The position numbers and the translations under genes were made by a program. A stretch of 64,000 nucleotides of DNA from Chrysomallon squamiferum (Eukaryota > Animalia > Mollusca). Positions 1 through 15,150 of this stretch are shown here, piece after piece. The notes beneath the pieces were generated by a model. It was not told the DNA's origin and did not search any database. It saw only the letters and a list, made by a program, of their open reading frames with translations. How positions within the stretch are numbered: position 1 is the first letter of the stretch; each line of letters begins with the position of its first letter. Location of the stretch: NCBI GenBank assembly GCA_012295275.1, contig CM022675.1, positions 14,384,001 to 14,448,000 of the forward strand, read 5' to 3'.

Positions 1-110
1 TTACAATTACCCTTTCGTTTCTACTAATTAAAATCGACTTATTTATTTATTTTAATTACTACTGCACTATTATTAGATACTGTTCAGTGTAAGCGATATA
101 TTAAACTGTT

Positions 111-331
111 GAGCTATTTCTCGTTTCAACCTATATTCCAGAAATTTTAGTGTAACGGTAAGTAATCTACTGTCCATGGCATGGTGCATATGAAAGCTGC
201 ATTGCTGCTAAGTGGAAGGAGTAGGCCGCGGAGTGACGTCAGCGGGTTTCGTGACTGGTTATCTGTGGACGCCAGATATCCGTAAATAAAACGTGTTGAA
301 TACGTCGTTAGAAACAAGTTTTCTTTCTTCT
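111..331 (+). mobile_element. Decayed SINE remnant, resembling molluscan Nin-domain tRNA-derived SINEs
   Basis: Blocks GCTATTTCTCGTT, ATGGTGCATATGAAAG..TTGCTGCTAA, CAGCGGGTTTC and GACGCCAGATATCCGTAAATAAAACGTGTTGAATACGTCGTTA with a TTTC-type tail match, from recall only, the body and 3' end of a widespread molluscan SINE. The tRNA head is not recognisable. Confidence 0.6.
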
Positions 332-639
332 AACAGTGTGTCTGATTCACATCAAAATATATATATAAAACAGACACATGGAATTGTAGCTAAGTATTAT
401 ACAATGATGAAATTAACTCGTGTTAAATAATTAATCAGTTCTCTTTTTCTCTGCCTCTCTTTCTCTCTCAACTACTTTGTATTATTATTATTGCTGCTGT
501 TGTTGTTGTTGTCATTATTATTATTATTATTATAATTTACAGTCACCAAATAAATAGTCACCAACAAAAAAACATTTGTTTTCAGTGACTGAAAACGTCG
601 TAAATTAGCATTATCTCCCTTTTTTCTTTATACCTCTCA

Positions 640-1080
640 GAAATGTAATAAAGTGCCACGAAATAATTTTTTATTAAGAGACCTTTGCCACAAATTATCA
701 CGCCTTGAGAATGCTTTGAAGAGAATCCTTCTATCACCAAACTACAGCCATCATCTTCTTTATTTAATTTCTTGTCAAGTATTACACTCAATTACACCGT
801 GTCCAGAAAGTTTTACTTTGTGCGCTAAGCGGCCCACAGAAATTTGCTCGTGCGTACGGGGAGATAATTGGTTAGTAACGCGATTACCACTACCACAGCG
901 ATGGAGCGCTGTACACGTTCAAATAATCGCATTGTTTTGTCAGCTCTGTCGTTTGACTAATAGTATTATAACTGCACGGGCGAAAAGCATCCAGCCAAGC
1001 GTGTAATATCATCAAACCGAATTAGATTGGCGCTGAAAATATATTTATCACTTTTTAACAGATAGGACGCAAATATTGAC
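640..1080. promoter_or_regulatory. CpG-containing non-repetitive island, candidate enhancer
   Basis: Higher GC/CpG than flanks, several TAAT/ATTA cores, and a 17-mer at 858-874 shared with the island at 14633. Confidence 0.35.
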
Positions 1081-1423
1081 GACGAAAAAAAAGAAAAAAA
1101 AGTGAGAACAGGAAGGTGGAATTTCATTTGAGAGAAAGGTAGACAAACATTATTGTTTAAATAAAAGCAAACAATGTCCAAACTTCACATTAGAAATGTA
1201 ACTAAACACGTATTAAAAATACTGACTTGATGTTTATCTCTTTGATATTTGTATATTACATTTCTGTAGTACAAAGGTCTTGGATTTCCTGTCACTGCCA
1301 TTACTGTACTACTACTGCTACTATAATACTATTACTAAACCTACTACAACATTTGCTACTACTATTAGTATTTTACTACTACAACTACAAATTATTATAC
1401 TATTAATGCTGCTACAACTCCTT

Positions 1424-1544
1424 CCACTATTACTACTAATACTATTACTCTTACTACCACTATTACTACTAATACTATTACTCTTACTACCACTATTACT
1501 ACTAACACTATTACTCTTACTACCACTATTACTACTAATACTAT
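1424..1544. repeat. 33-bp minisatellite, about 3.6 copies
   Basis: CCACTATTACTACTAATACTATTACTCTTACTA starts at 1424, 1457, 1490 and 1523. Confidence 0.9.
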
Positions 1545-2378
1545 GTCTGCTAATGATCTTGCTCTTACTACTAATCATAGTAGTTGTATTGATAGTAAAT
1601 ACTAACGATAAAAAAAAAAGAACCTAGAAATAAAATGAATACTAGTTATACATTTAATTTCTCTCACTCAGATTTTCAGAATCTCTTTCACAGTTAGTAA
1701 CGTTTGTGGGGTGACTGCTGTTAGAAAACATGCCTGATTTATTTACACTATTACCTTATCACCACATCTGTTCAACGCTTGGTTACCATGTAGATGTCTG
1801 TTTCGGTGCATTTCGTCATAACCGAATAAACCCGAGAAAGTGCGAATGAGTTTCGGGCCGAACAAGTCATGCGCAATGCTTGAGTGCAAAGATTAAAACA
1901 TCGTTATCGTAAACGACTCTTTAATTAATACACATATCCAGTTACAACCACTTTTTTAAAACTGTTTTCTTTTTTGTTGTTGTTTTTTTACCTCTGTAAA
2001 CTTGAACAGAATTACAACTAAATGAACCTACAAGTCTTTGTTCACTGTCTGTGTCGTTATTTCTGAATGCTCGCGGAACTGCTGGGTTCGTAACAAAGTC
2101 TTTGAGATCGACACGAACAAAATTTGTAGTGATGAATATATTTATATATATATATATATATATGTATACATAAAAATTAAAGAAATCGTCTTCACTTTCT
2201 CCTTTGCTCTCTCTCTTTCTCTCTCTCTATCTATCTATCTATACGCACAGGCACACACAGACACACACACACACACATACACACATATATTTTTTATGTA
2301 TATATCTCTCAGGTTGTCTGTCTGGTGTCTGTGTCTGTCTGTCTGTGTCTGTCTGTCTGTCACCCATCGTCTAATATT

Positions 2379-2381
<3 letters not shown>

Positions 2382-2463
<82 letters not shown>
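2382..2463. repeat. (CT)n microsatellite
   Basis: Direct reading. Confidence 0.97.
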
Positions 2464-2466
<3 letters not shown>

Positions 2467-2769
2467 ATAGCTCTGTAGCTCTGGGCCTCTCTTTTTCTTA
2501 CGTTCACTTATCATAAATATGTGACATATTTTTTCTTTTTCAAGATCTCTGTCTTTAGTTCTCTCGCTTTGTTGAATTTCTCTTGAGAATATACAAATAT
2601 ATCAATATAAGAAAAATAGAAACGTACTTTACTATAAACAACTGGATAAAACAGATGATTTTTTTTCTACCACTATTTTTAATTTAAGCGATATAAGATG
2701 TGTTGATAAAATAAAATAGTTTAATCTAGAATCGTCTTCATTTCAGTACAGACTTCACAGGTTCTTTTT

Positions 2770-3410
2770 CTCCGTCTCAGTCTGCGGACGTCGTGCGACC
2801 GGTGGAAACACCCGATTACGTGGTGTCACGAATCCTCGGGAAATACCGCACCGCGGCTTGAAAAACAGATTTTGTATCTTATCCCGTGACATTCTCTTTA
2901 ATCATTTCTCAGCGGGCCAGACGCCTCGGCGGCCATCACAAAAAGAGTTAATTTTCCTGACACGTCCGGACAAAAAAACATCCACCAATTTAGGATTTAA
3001 CACCTACTCGCAGCAAACTCACAGGTCAAGTCCTGACTTCGCCGGGCTGACAGGCTAACCGAAACTGCGGACCGGACTGAAAGGAGGTGGGAGTGCGGTT
3101 TCATTGTAATTACCATCTGGATTACACGGGGTCTTCGTGAAGCTCTAGTTGTGGGAGACGACTGTGTTCTAATAATTATGATTTCACGGAAATGACAGGT
3201 TAATGCTCGTAACCGAGGCTTGTACGGATTCAGTCGATGAGAGCCGATCTCGGTTACGCCAGCCGGAAACATAAATTTTCAGGATAAATGGTTGCGAGTG
3301 CTGCTTGACACCCGGAGAATGGCGGGATATCAACTCGTAACTAGGAGGGTTTTTTTTATAAATTCTGACTTTGGAATTAAACGATTCGAGACGAGAAAAA
3401 CGCCGGTTTT
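2770..3410. promoter_or_regulatory. GC/CpG-rich island, candidate distal enhancer
   Basis: Markedly GC-richer than flanks; TGACAG twice, GTAATTAC and TAATTATG; no credible ORF. Confidence 0.4.
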
Positions 3411-4875
3411 TATTTCTTCACCTGTTTGTTTTATTTTCATTTAGCTCTTTGTTTTTCCTCACGTTAAAAAAAATCTGTTGTTAGTGAAACAAGAAAGAAA
3501 GTCTGTGACAGTAAACATTAAAGTGGAAATAAAAATAAATCACGTTTTCTTCTGACAAGCGCTGCTCAGAGAGAGTATGAAAAGCTTGGATGAAAAAGAA
3601 CAAACGATTATAATCCTCGGTTTTTTTTTTAGTGTTTTCTGTTACAACTCTCACTTAATTTTAAATTATCTTTCATTGTTTCTGTTTTTCTTTTCTTTGT
3701 TCATTCAATCGCACTTGCGCAGCTCATGAATGATGATGTGTATTAGCATAATTATTTAATTATTTTTTGTATTTTGTTTCATCACTAGAAAATTATAATA
3801 ACAATAATATCATCAGTAAAAACAAAAACAAACAACAATGCTCATGCTGCCATTAATATTACTATTAACAGTTATTGCTATTACCACTACACCTACTACA
3901 ACAACAACAACTACTACTACTACCATTAGAACAACAACAGCAATAACTATTACTACGAATGACTATAATTAAAGTAATAAAAATAACAAAAACATCAATA
4001 AGAAGAAGAAGAAGAAGCAGAAGAAGAAGATAAAGAAGAAACTGATTCAGGCAAGCCCTGTGGTTAAAAAGATAACTAAACGAATGGTATGATGCGGGAT
4101 TCTTTATCAGTTTATCAGTTAGAAATTAATTATTATTATTATTTTATTTTATTTTATTTTATTTTTATTTTTGTACCAGAAGCAAACTTATGCAATTATG
4201 TTGTTACTCTGTTATTAACATGTTGTGAATTTTTATATGTTTAACTGCTTTTGTGATATATTCAAAAATATAAAATAATAACAACAACAACAACACGCTT
4301 AATAATAATACTAATGATAATAATAACAACAACTGCTACTTCTACAGAAACAATAATAATAATAACAACAACTACAACAACACCAGCAATAATAAAAACA
4401 ATAATAATATTAACTATAAAAAGAGAATCTTAATTTCTATAGGAATCGAAATAAACAAAAGGTAATTTTGAAAATAATGGTTTTTATTGACTGAATATTT
4501 ATTTAAAGAGTCCAAACAAAAATCTTCATTTATCTGTTACTAACTATGACGCATATGTGGAATTATGCAAAAATAGTTTCTGAGAGAAGCCTTGTATCAC
4601 CTAGTTTCTCTACAGACGTGGGTGTTGGTAAAAGTTATTTTTGTACCCATTCTCTGATTGCTACAGAAAGTCAGAACCCACGCACTTTCATAATCAGATG
4701 CAAAGCACTGCCTAGAATGGAAAAATAAGAAATATTTAAATTTATATAAAAATAATTAAATAAATGTTTGAATATACTTAAAAAGGAAAGAAAAAACAAA
4801 AAATAAATAAATAAATAACTAAAATAAAATATATATATATATATAAAGAATAAATATTAATAAAAAAAGAGGTAA

Positions 4876-4906
<31 letters not shown>

Positions 4907-5059
4907 TACACACACACGGAAAAAAACAGAAAGAAGAAGAAAATAAAGCAGAAAGTAAATGAATATGTAAGTAAAATAAATAAATAAATAAATAATGAGC
5001 TAAATGAAAAATGAAATGTATGCATCATCACTTAAAAATAAAGAAGAAAAAAAAAAAGA

Positions 5060-5420
5060 GCGAAATACACCAAATATTCATGGAACGTTGCGCATCATAG
5101 TAATTTGCGTTGAGTGGTAAATTCACACCACGCTGTATACCCCGGAATGTCTAACGAGCGCGCTAATGACCAGTCTAATAACATGACACCTATCGTCAGG
5201 AAAAGATAACTCTATGATTACTATGGCTTGACACTGATTGGCCGTAACTGATAGCTAGAGGTCAGAATTACATTACTGACCGGATATCTACGATTGTCAA
5301 CGAAAAGACACGACAGACACGTCTGCGAAAACTCACGAACTCAAAGCGGAAAGCAGTTTTTGATTAATCTGGTCACAAAATGACGAAAATCGCTCTCGAA
5401 GCTGTAAGAATTAGCATATG
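5060..5420. promoter_or_regulatory. Motif-rich island, candidate enhancer
   Basis: Complex sequence between A/T simple repeats with CTGATTGG (CCAAT box), TCACACC, TGACACCT, TGATTAAT and CTAATGA. Confidence 0.3.
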
Positions 5421-5791
5421 TTCTGTTTCCTAGCCGATTGGAGAAGACACAAAAGTAGTTTAGTGAAAAGAGATTCGCTGTGAATCTTACAGCATAATTT
5501 TCGAGATTTCTGTAACTTTACAACAGAAATTAAAATACTGCACGTAATGATAAAGGTTACAGAAAACTTTTCTTTTGTTGTTATTCTCTTAAAGCTGAAC
5601 GAGAATGAACTGTGAAAAAAAAAAATAAAATAAAAGTTGGGAAACTCTTTAATCATTAAGCACTGTCTCCAGAGTTAATAAAAAATATTGTCACTTTGAA
5701 AGAACACTGTGAAATTAGGTTGATAAATAGAGAATTGTTGAAAAGAATTTGATAATAATAACAATAAAGATTAACAAACTGAATATTATAA

Positions 5792-5822
<31 letters not shown>

Positions 5823-7152
5823 GAAAGTAAATAATTATTACGACACAGATTCTGGATGTTATTTCAATGAGTTGATTAGTAATTGATTTGATAAGACAAA
5901 ACAAAAAAAAATGGGTAAATACTTTAAAAAATCAGTAAAAGTTCAATAAATAAATAAATAAACAAACCAAAAAATCAAACAAACAAACAAACAAACAAAC
6001 AAATAAATAAATAAATACAGAAATAAAATCACATCATCCTCAAATGTCTATCGAGATAAATGTTTATTATATTTTATTGTTTGAATAAAAAAAAATGTAT
6101 GAATCGGCGAAACAGTTAAATTAATTATGATAAGCTGAAATTAACAAGTATCAACATGAAAGATTTGTTGCGTTTTCTTGGGAGATCCAAATATTTGTAT
6201 ACAGTAAATTCGATTTAACAAACATCGATTAATGGATTTAGGATTTCACGAACTAATTGTTAGCTGCAAATAATAAAGCATTTTATCTATTTTATGAAAT
6301 TTGTTTCCACAAATTCATTACCACCTTCATCATTATCTCCAGAAAGCAAGCGAAAGTTTACTGTATTTCTAGCCAATGTCGATTATATGAAAGAACATTC
6401 TTTAAACAAATATTTTAATAATTGAATTTGAAGATGGTTTGTATAAATATTTCAAAATGCAGTGGAAAAATTTCAAAAATTACGGCGTTTATAACATTTA
6501 AATATTATCTTTTTAAAACTGTTCAGTTTCTTGCATCAACGGATACTTTAGAGTCGCTAATTCAAAGGTCCACTGTAAATTCAAATTTGTAAAAAACCCA
6601 AAAACAAACAAAAAAAAAGTCGTGAAAAAAGATTAAATTTTTTTTTTTTTAAATACTTGAATAAACCAGTGAGGGAATAGAATTTGTTTTGTTGAAAGAA
6701 AAAACGTTTGTTGTATTTTATTACCGAATAAAAATATGAAAGCTCGCGCTGTGGCTTCTTGGCCTTTTTTTCAGTTTGAGCGATCTGAGATAAGAGCCGT
6801 GAGTCGTGTTTGCACAAAAAATATAAATATGTAAATTGAAGGCATTTACGATATGAAAATTAGGTTATTATTTTTATCATTTTAATCTTTTTACGTTTTA
6901 AACATCAGCAGACTTTTTTTTTTTTTTTTTCTTTTTTTTTTTTTTGAAATGTGTTTTGAAGAAATGAAACTTTTTTAAAACTAAAAAGATACTGTTGAAA
7001 AAAAGAAGAAAAAAAAAAGAAGAAAGAAAGCAAAGACAATAAAGGATACTGAAAAATAAAATGATACAAAAAATCATAAACAATAAAAGTACGCAATAAA
7101 TATATAGCAAGCAAACAAAAAACAACAAATAAATAAATAAGTAACTAACTAA

Positions 7153-7196
<44 letters not shown>

Positions 7197-7259
7197 GTAA
7201 GTAAGTAAGTAAGTAAATAAATAAATAAAAGAAAAGGAAAAATGATGTCGTTTTAAATT

Positions 7260-7820
7260 TAAGTTTCAGCGAGTGATGAGGACATGCAGTAAATAGGCTA
7301 AATCATAAGAATGCAGACGTTTTTGTTTACCGATGTATATCACATAAACTTTCATTTTTCCAGACGCTGGCTGCCTTCTAATAACGTTATGGCAATTTCA
7401 AACGCTGTTTTTACAACAAGTGACATGTCTCCTAACGTTAAAATAACAGTAATCAAAATGGCTATATTTTTCGACGTCTGTATGCTCCAGCTACTTCCGG
7501 TAGCGCGAAACCAGACACGTGATGGCGGACGAGACTGCCATGTGCACGCGCCAGCACGTTGAAATTGGCGGGATATGCTCTGTCTGCGCTCACGAACCGT
7601 GACGAAAGAAACATTTGAAGGCAGTGTTTTACAAACGCAATATGTCTGGTGCGCAAGTGAAGAGTGGAGGAAATTACAACATGAAAGAGGGAGTCGAATG
7701 GTAACTATGTCGGATCTACGGATCAGGGAGAAAATTGGCTGTCACACGAATAAGATAAGACGAAAACACGAGTGAGTTACGTACTTCCGGTAGCGGTTTC
7801 ATTTAACACGGAAAATTACA
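7260..7820. promoter_or_regulatory. Promoter-like island with ETS x2, E2F, E-box and YY1-like motifs
   Basis: TACTTCCGGTAGCG at 7492 and 7782, TTGGCGGGA near 7565, CACGTGA near 7517, CAAAATGGC near 7454, GTGAGT donor-like hexamer at 7772. Confidence 0.4.
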
Positions 7821-8605
7821 AGATAACAAAAATGAATGAGTTTACAAATTGAATGAAACTTTTGCTTATTTGTTTGTTTTTTTAGCAGTCAAAATCAACA
7901 ATATACGAAACTGAGCTCCCTTGTAGAATATTTGAAAAGAAACAAGATTGTATAGATGGTTTTTAAATGACAGGGGGAAAAAATGGAGGAAAAAATAGAA
8001 TCGAGAAATTCAATAAATATTACAAGGAGGAGAGAGAAAACCCAGACACACACTGAGACATGCGTGCGTGCGTGTGTATTTTCTGCATCTCTCTCTCTTA
8101 ACTATATAAAATAAAACAACGAAATATAAGTTAAACAATAATAGAAATTTAAAAAAAGATAACAAACATTGAAATAAATGAGTAACAGACATCCAGAGAA
8201 AGAAACATAAACACAAACAAGAAGATAAATGAATGAATGAATGAATAAAGATCAGAAGAACCCTATCAAGAACTGTTACAACAAAAATAATAAATACGAG
8301 AAGTATTTCAAAAGATTAACGATTGTACATGTATATCGCTATATAGTTTTACATGTATACATATTCCATATGCCATATTACTCAGAATATAAGTACCTGT
8401 ACATATGCATAAGTGTGTATGCATGTATTATAAGTCTGTTTATATATTTAAGTGTGTCTGTGTGTCTATGTGTCGCGTGTGTGTCTGGGTGTGTTTGTAA
8501 AATAACTAAGATGTACTGTGTCTTACAGCTGGGGCAGTGTTAACGATTAAAACACAGATATTTTACTGTTTAGTCTGACAGGTGTTAGCGAAACATTACT
8601 TCACT

Positions 8606-8619
8606 GCGCCCTCTAGCGG
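8606..8619 (-). promoter_or_regulatory. CTCF-like site
   Basis: Minus strand reads CCGCTAGAGGGCGC, a close match to the bilaterian CTCF core CCASYAGRKGGCRS. Confidence 0.55.
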
Positions 8620-9710
8620 GTCATTCACAAGACTAACCTTCAGCTGTCAAAATTAGATTACAATAACGGAAATAAATAACAACACAAAGAATCATAAATT
8701 ATTTTTAGCGCACTGATTTCGCTAGACGTACTTGAAATACTTCTGTATAACTTAATCCGTGATTTAAATATCAAATATATTTTCTTTGTGCGTATAGAAT
8801 TATCAAAGTATTCTTTGTCTCTCTCTAGGTCTTATTAACTGAAATATATTTTCAACTAAACATTAGCGTTTTTTTTTTAATTATTATTAATTTTTTTTTA
8901 AAGAAGAAGAAGAATGAAAAAGACATTATTTACTTTTTGTGTTTTATATTTTTATACTTCGTAAAAAAATTGTTTTCGGAACTCTGTGTTAAAAAATCAA
9001 ACCTTTATTAATATTATACATACAAAAATAAAGACATGTTCTCAAAACATTTACTGTTTGAGTTTTATGTGAGAATCATTCTATTAGTTGTTGAAATAAT
9101 TATATGTGCGGTAACATGGCCAACGTTTCTGGAACTAGTTTATGTGTTGTCTGTTTTCAAAACCACTCCTCAAATCAAGACATTACTACTTCAAAACTTT
9201 CTTGAAAATACTGATACACTTCACTTTTAACTTGTAAATGAGACATTCACGTAATTACTATTACACAGTCGCAAAAACAACACGATTCTTTCTGGTTCAG
9301 GCAAAAATCTTTCACCTGAAGCAAGTTCCCATAGCGTTCTGATTACAGAAACAGATATTTCAGTCTGCAGTTTATTACCGCAATAGCCGCGATGCACTTA
9401 AAGTCAAAATATAAAAACGAGATGCCATGATGCACCAAGTGTTTATAAAACACTGGAAAATGTTTTATTGGATATTAGACACAATAAATGATTGTTTGTT
9501 TTTCTTAACGATGGTGGTGAACTGAAGATTTTTCTAAATTTATTAATTTATTTGCTAGGGAAATGATTGTTTTATTTGGGGCATCATAAAGGATTGATCT
9601 ATAATTACACGACTGCCCTATAGCAAGAATTGTAGTTATTCAAACCACATTAAGTGTTAAATTACTTTTAATGAACTGTTTAGAATTTATACTTTTTCTT
9701 TCATTATAGA

Positions 9711-9818
<108 letters not shown>

Positions 9819-11703
9819 GACACATTTTTCACATTTTTGACATGATGAAGGATGTTTAAAATGTTTAAAAAAAAATGATGAAATAGTAGTGATAGTAGCA
9901 GCAGTATTTGCATTAATAATAAAATTAGTATTATTAGTAGTATTAGACTGTGTAATTAATAGAAGTAGTAATAGTAGAAGTAGCCTTTGTAATTACTATT
10001 AGTAGAGGCAGTAATAGTAACAGTAGTAATAGTAGTAAAAGTAGCATTAATATTCGTTTTAGTACTGAACTATAACAGTAATAATAACTGTGGTTATAAA
10101 CATGGTATAACAGAGGCAGCAGCAATAATAACTGAAGGAAATGAATCAAAAAAAAAAAAAAAAATCAAGAACCAATAAATAATAGCAGTAAATGACATAA
10201 AAACTATTTATTTTTTAACATAAATGAAGCTTTTTTATTAATTTTTCAGTAACTGAAATGTCATGCTAACTAAATATAAGTTGAAATCTGACTTCGTTAT
10301 CAAATTAAAAAGTAAGTTAAGCACATTTTATTTTTGAATACTATCATCTTAACCACTACAATCATCTTTGCACCAGCAAAAGGTCACAGTCTATGTAATA
10401 AAGAACAGTCTTTGTCAGGAAAAGAGTACTTTGGAAAAAGCTCGCGACACATGCTGCCTCGTGCAAAGTACGTGCCAAAAAATGACTGATTTCTAAACGA
10501 CAATGTCCATTATCATTAAATGGCGTTCAAACGACATTTCTGGGAGGAGTCGACATCTCATTAGGTTTAATGATAGTACTTGAATAATTCTATAGCTGAA
10601 AAATTATCCTGATTACCGTATCAAATGGATGAAGAAAATGTTAAAGACGCGTTTAAACAGACGTGGAAAAATGTGAAATTTTCATCACAACAAATGCATA
10701 AAATATTAACTTTCAAACAAGCCATTGTCCTTGCGTTTCTTAAAGGATTTGTATTTTAAGTGTTGTTGTGGTTGGTGTTTTAGCAGTTGGTCAGAGCACG
10801 TGCTTGTCTTCTTAGCTGAAGAGATTATCGGTGTCACAGCATCCCACAATTCTTTGTGTTAACACGAGTTCCGGTAATGAGGTTAGAAAAGGCAACGACG
10901 TCATTTAAATCTGACACAGATGTTGGCATAATGTAGTTTAGATTAGAATATCAAAATTTTATTTTTTTAAAAGTATTTTTATTAGTAAATTATACATAAT
11001 GTTTTATTAGAATTTCAATTATAAATGTGAAATAATTAAAATAAAATATAAAAATAAATAAATAAATTAAAAAGTAAGTATGTAATTAAGTAATTAAATA
11101 AATAAATAAATGAAAAGAAAACAACAACAAAGAAACTTACTAGAAAAAAGAGAACAACAGTTACAGATAAAAAACAACAAATAAAAACTAAAAAGTAAAC
11201 AATAAAAGTCAAACAAACAAACAAACAAATACAATTTCCAGTAAAGAAACACATGAAGAAAAATAAATAAAAGTAAATAAAAGTAAATAAATTAAATAAA
11301 ATAAAACAATTAAAAGTAAATAATAAAAAATAAAAAATAATAATAAATAAATAAATAAATAAATAAATACTGAAATAAAATAAAATATAATATAATAAAT
11401 AACGAATGAAAATAGAGCAGAGCAAGATATGTATGTAAAACATGTATTTGGTTGAATTTAATTCGTACAATTACTTCAGAGTAAATCTATTTGTAATATT
11501 TTTGAACATTTATTTTCATTAACAGTTCTGTAGATAGACAGACAAACTGATAATATATAAACGTCTCACCATATGTATATCACACTTACAAAATAAAAAC
11601 AAACAAACAAGAAACTACATAAACTATCCTTTATGTAATTGTGAGTGAAAGATAAGTTACACCTTACAATTAGAACATCAGTGTGTAAGTGACTATGTGT
11701 GCG

Positions 11704-11803
<100 letters not shown>

Positions 11804-12149
11804 ATAATAATAATAGTGACGATGATGATTAAAGTCTAAAAGGAAACTATTATCTTCAAACATGAGCATGAAATTCTCAGCAAAGAAGAAAACAGATCAA
11901 TATTATCAGAAATCCTTTTTCTTACTTTCTTTCTTTCTTTCTTTCCTTCTTTCAGTAATAACTAATAAAATTAAAATAGAAAACACTGAAAATTATAAAT
12001 CACAATAATTACAGCTTTTGGAAATTAACTTTAAAAAAAAAATGTGGAAAATGACAAAGAGAAGACGAATGAAGATGAAGAAAAAGAAAACAAAAATGAA
12101 GAAAGAAAAAAAAAAAGAAGAAGAAAAGAAAAAGAAAACGAAAAGTGAA

Positions 12150-12500
12150 AATGAACCGTAAAACACTTTCGCATTATACCACACCACCAAATTAGAGTGA
12201 ACAGATGATCTGCGGTGTAATGAGGTTCAAAAGAAACGAAAACGAGCAACGATCGAGATTACATCACGCCGGTTTCCCTTCCGTCGCTGGTAGACCGTTT
12301 TTCGTGTAATGCACTGGTGTCTCGGTCCGTTACGACTGGCGTGAAACACGTGTAATGGAAATTGAGGCGGAACCACGACCACTCATGGAATGTCGTAAAA
12401 AAGAAAACATTTACAAAACGTAGCTGCAGAAAATATTTAAAATACCAGTTTGTTTTCTTTTCAGCTTGTCTTGAAGAAAACATCCGTCATGAAAACTAAG
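12150..12500. promoter_or_regulatory. CpG-rich island, candidate enhancer
   Basis: CpG-rich complex sequence with GTAATG three times and CACGTG. Confidence 0.3.
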
Positions 12501-13212
12501 AGGTCCTTTTTTTTCCTGCCTTGTTCTGGTTTTTTTTTCGGTTTTGTTTTTGCATATAAATTATTTTATTTATTGTCGTCTTTTTAAAACAGTTTATTTT
12601 TAATTTCTTTGTCTAAGAGCTTATTTTTTTCGTTACTCATCTTTTTGTATTTGGATAGAAAGACAGACATACAGACATACTGAAAATAGATATATAATTA
12701 ACAGATGTATAGATAGACAAAAACGTAAGTTGAGACACCTAGCAGGATAATAGTACTTATAATAAGAACGACAATAATAATGACTATAATGGTAATAATA
12801 GCAATATGATGAAGATGATAACAACAACAACAACAACAACAACAATAACAACAACAAAAAATAATGATAATGATAGTGATGATGATGATCAAGAATAATA
12901 AGATGATGATAATGAAATAAAAATTATTATTATTTAAATTTCTCTCGTTACTGGTTAAAAGTGAGACATAAAACATGGGAGGTTTACTGAAGCCATCAAA
13001 AACAGGCGTGGTAATTTTCAGCCTGTGTCACACAGTCCCTGGAATCGTGTCGCTGTGGTTGCAGTGAGGTGTGACCACAATTAAAACACACTGAACTGCT
13101 TCCCAGCTGCCTCATCATTGTCTGATTGGCGTAAACACAGTTTTCTATTTTACCTGAAGAGCGTTCACATGCGTGGGTGTACTACATAAATCAAGCAACA
13201 AATGTAGTTGAT

Positions 13213-13484
<272 letters not shown>

Positions 13485-14559
13485 ACAGACAGACAGACAG
13501 ACATACATAAAAGAGAGTGATAGGAAATGAGACAGAGACAGAAGACAAAACATATTTTTCCAGATATGATTTTTGATGAGTTTTTTCTCTCTTTCTTTCT
13601 TTCCATATATATTTATATATATTTGAATATACTTAATGCATATAAGTTTACTTTCTCATCTTTCTTAGTGTTTTGTCTGGTTACAGTTGAATTTATAAAT
13701 CTTTATTATGGAATAATGTGGTAACTAAAAAAAAAACACAAATGAAAACAAACAAAAACAAAACAACGAAAGAAAAAGTCGAAATATGTAAAACAAAATA
13801 ATTGATTTTAAAATTAAGAAATATGTAGGTTATGAAAAACAATTGTCTTAATAAACAAATTAATTAATGAAAAATGAAATACATTAACAAATTAAAAGAA
13901 GAAAAACAGCAACAAAAGAAACAACAAAAAACACTGTTATAAACAATACCTAAAATAAAGTAAAAAAGAAAAAGAATTTAACAAAATTATTTTATTAAAT
14001 TTTAAGAAAGAAATAACACACACAAACAGTGAAGAGAAAAAAAAAAAAAAAAAAAAATAAAAGCTGAAGCACTATAAATAAAACAGAGGAAACAAAAGAA
14101 AATAATTAATTAATAAAAACATATGTGTCTGATTAATTAATATTATTGTTTTACAAAGGCAAAAGATTTAATAGGATGAATAATAAATAAAGATATTTTC
14201 TTCTATAATCACCTTTGTTTAAAAAAAGTAAAAATAATAATAATAAAAAATCTTCGAAAAAAGGAAAAGATGAAAAATAAAAATAGAAAGAATGAACAAA
14301 AAACATAAGAATGAATTTAGAAAATACCATACAAAAGATAAAATAAAATAAATAAATAAATAAAATAAAATTAAATTAAATTAAATTAAATTAAATTAAA
14401 ATAATAATAAAAAACCAACAACACAATAATAATAAGTTATTTATCAGAAATTGAAGTGAAAATAAAAGTGAAATGAAAGAGTGAATGAAGGGAAAAAGAA
14501 TGAATGAACAAAAGAAAAATGGAAAAGTTGATATTAACAACATTTCAAATAAGTATTTC

Positions 14560-15150
14560 CATTAATTTCAGTCACACATTCCTCCTGTGACAGTCCGTTC
14601 CAGTCCTCCCATACAAATCACTTCATGCAGAAGGGGAGATAATTGGTTATTAATAAAATTGACTTTACCATAGCAATCAATGACATAAGCGGCATGGCGT
14701 TTGAAGCGTTATTACTGAGTTTGAAAAATAACCCTATGAATCAATACGCAGCGATGCACGAGAGATGAGAAAATTGTTTCTGTCTCTCTGGAGCTATTTG
14801 TTATTTTACATTTTTTTTTACGACTCCTGCGAGTGCTGTGGAACAATTTATTTTCAAAATGGCGTCAACCGGAAGCGAATAATTAACTTCGTAACGTCTT
14901 TGATGAATTGATATACAAGTGGGCCATCACGAATAATTAGTGCAATTAAAGCAAACACGAGGGTGTTTTAAAACAATTTCTGTTTCAGATTAATAACCGT
15001 TTTGTCCTTGAAGTTTTACACTTGTTTATCCATTAACTGCAGACGTCACGCTTGCTGGATCCCCGCTTCCTTCATCCACACAGTCGACAACTTTCCTTTC
15101 GTTTTTCTAACGTGGCAAACATTAACTTCTCGTGAGGTTTATAGATAAAT
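14560..15150. promoter_or_regulatory. Proximal upstream island, candidate enhancer or PRE-like element
   Basis: GGGGAGATAATTGGTTA at 14633, YY1/PHO-like CAAAATGGCG at 14855, ETS-like ACCGGAAG at 14868, several TAATTA/CAATTA. Confidence 0.4.

Noticed and set aside
653-1006. 117-aa ORF, and other short ORFs in GC-richer islands (2858, 2997, 7311, 7575, 56360, 60012, 60273)
   Set aside because: No recognisable domain, mostly non-ATG starts and no coherent exon chain; expected by chance where stop codons are rarer.
10778-10880. tRNA-like segment TTAGCAGTTGGTCAGAGCAC
   Set aside because: Resembles an A-box/D-arm, but no proper B-box or cloverleaf follows; at most a decayed SINE head.
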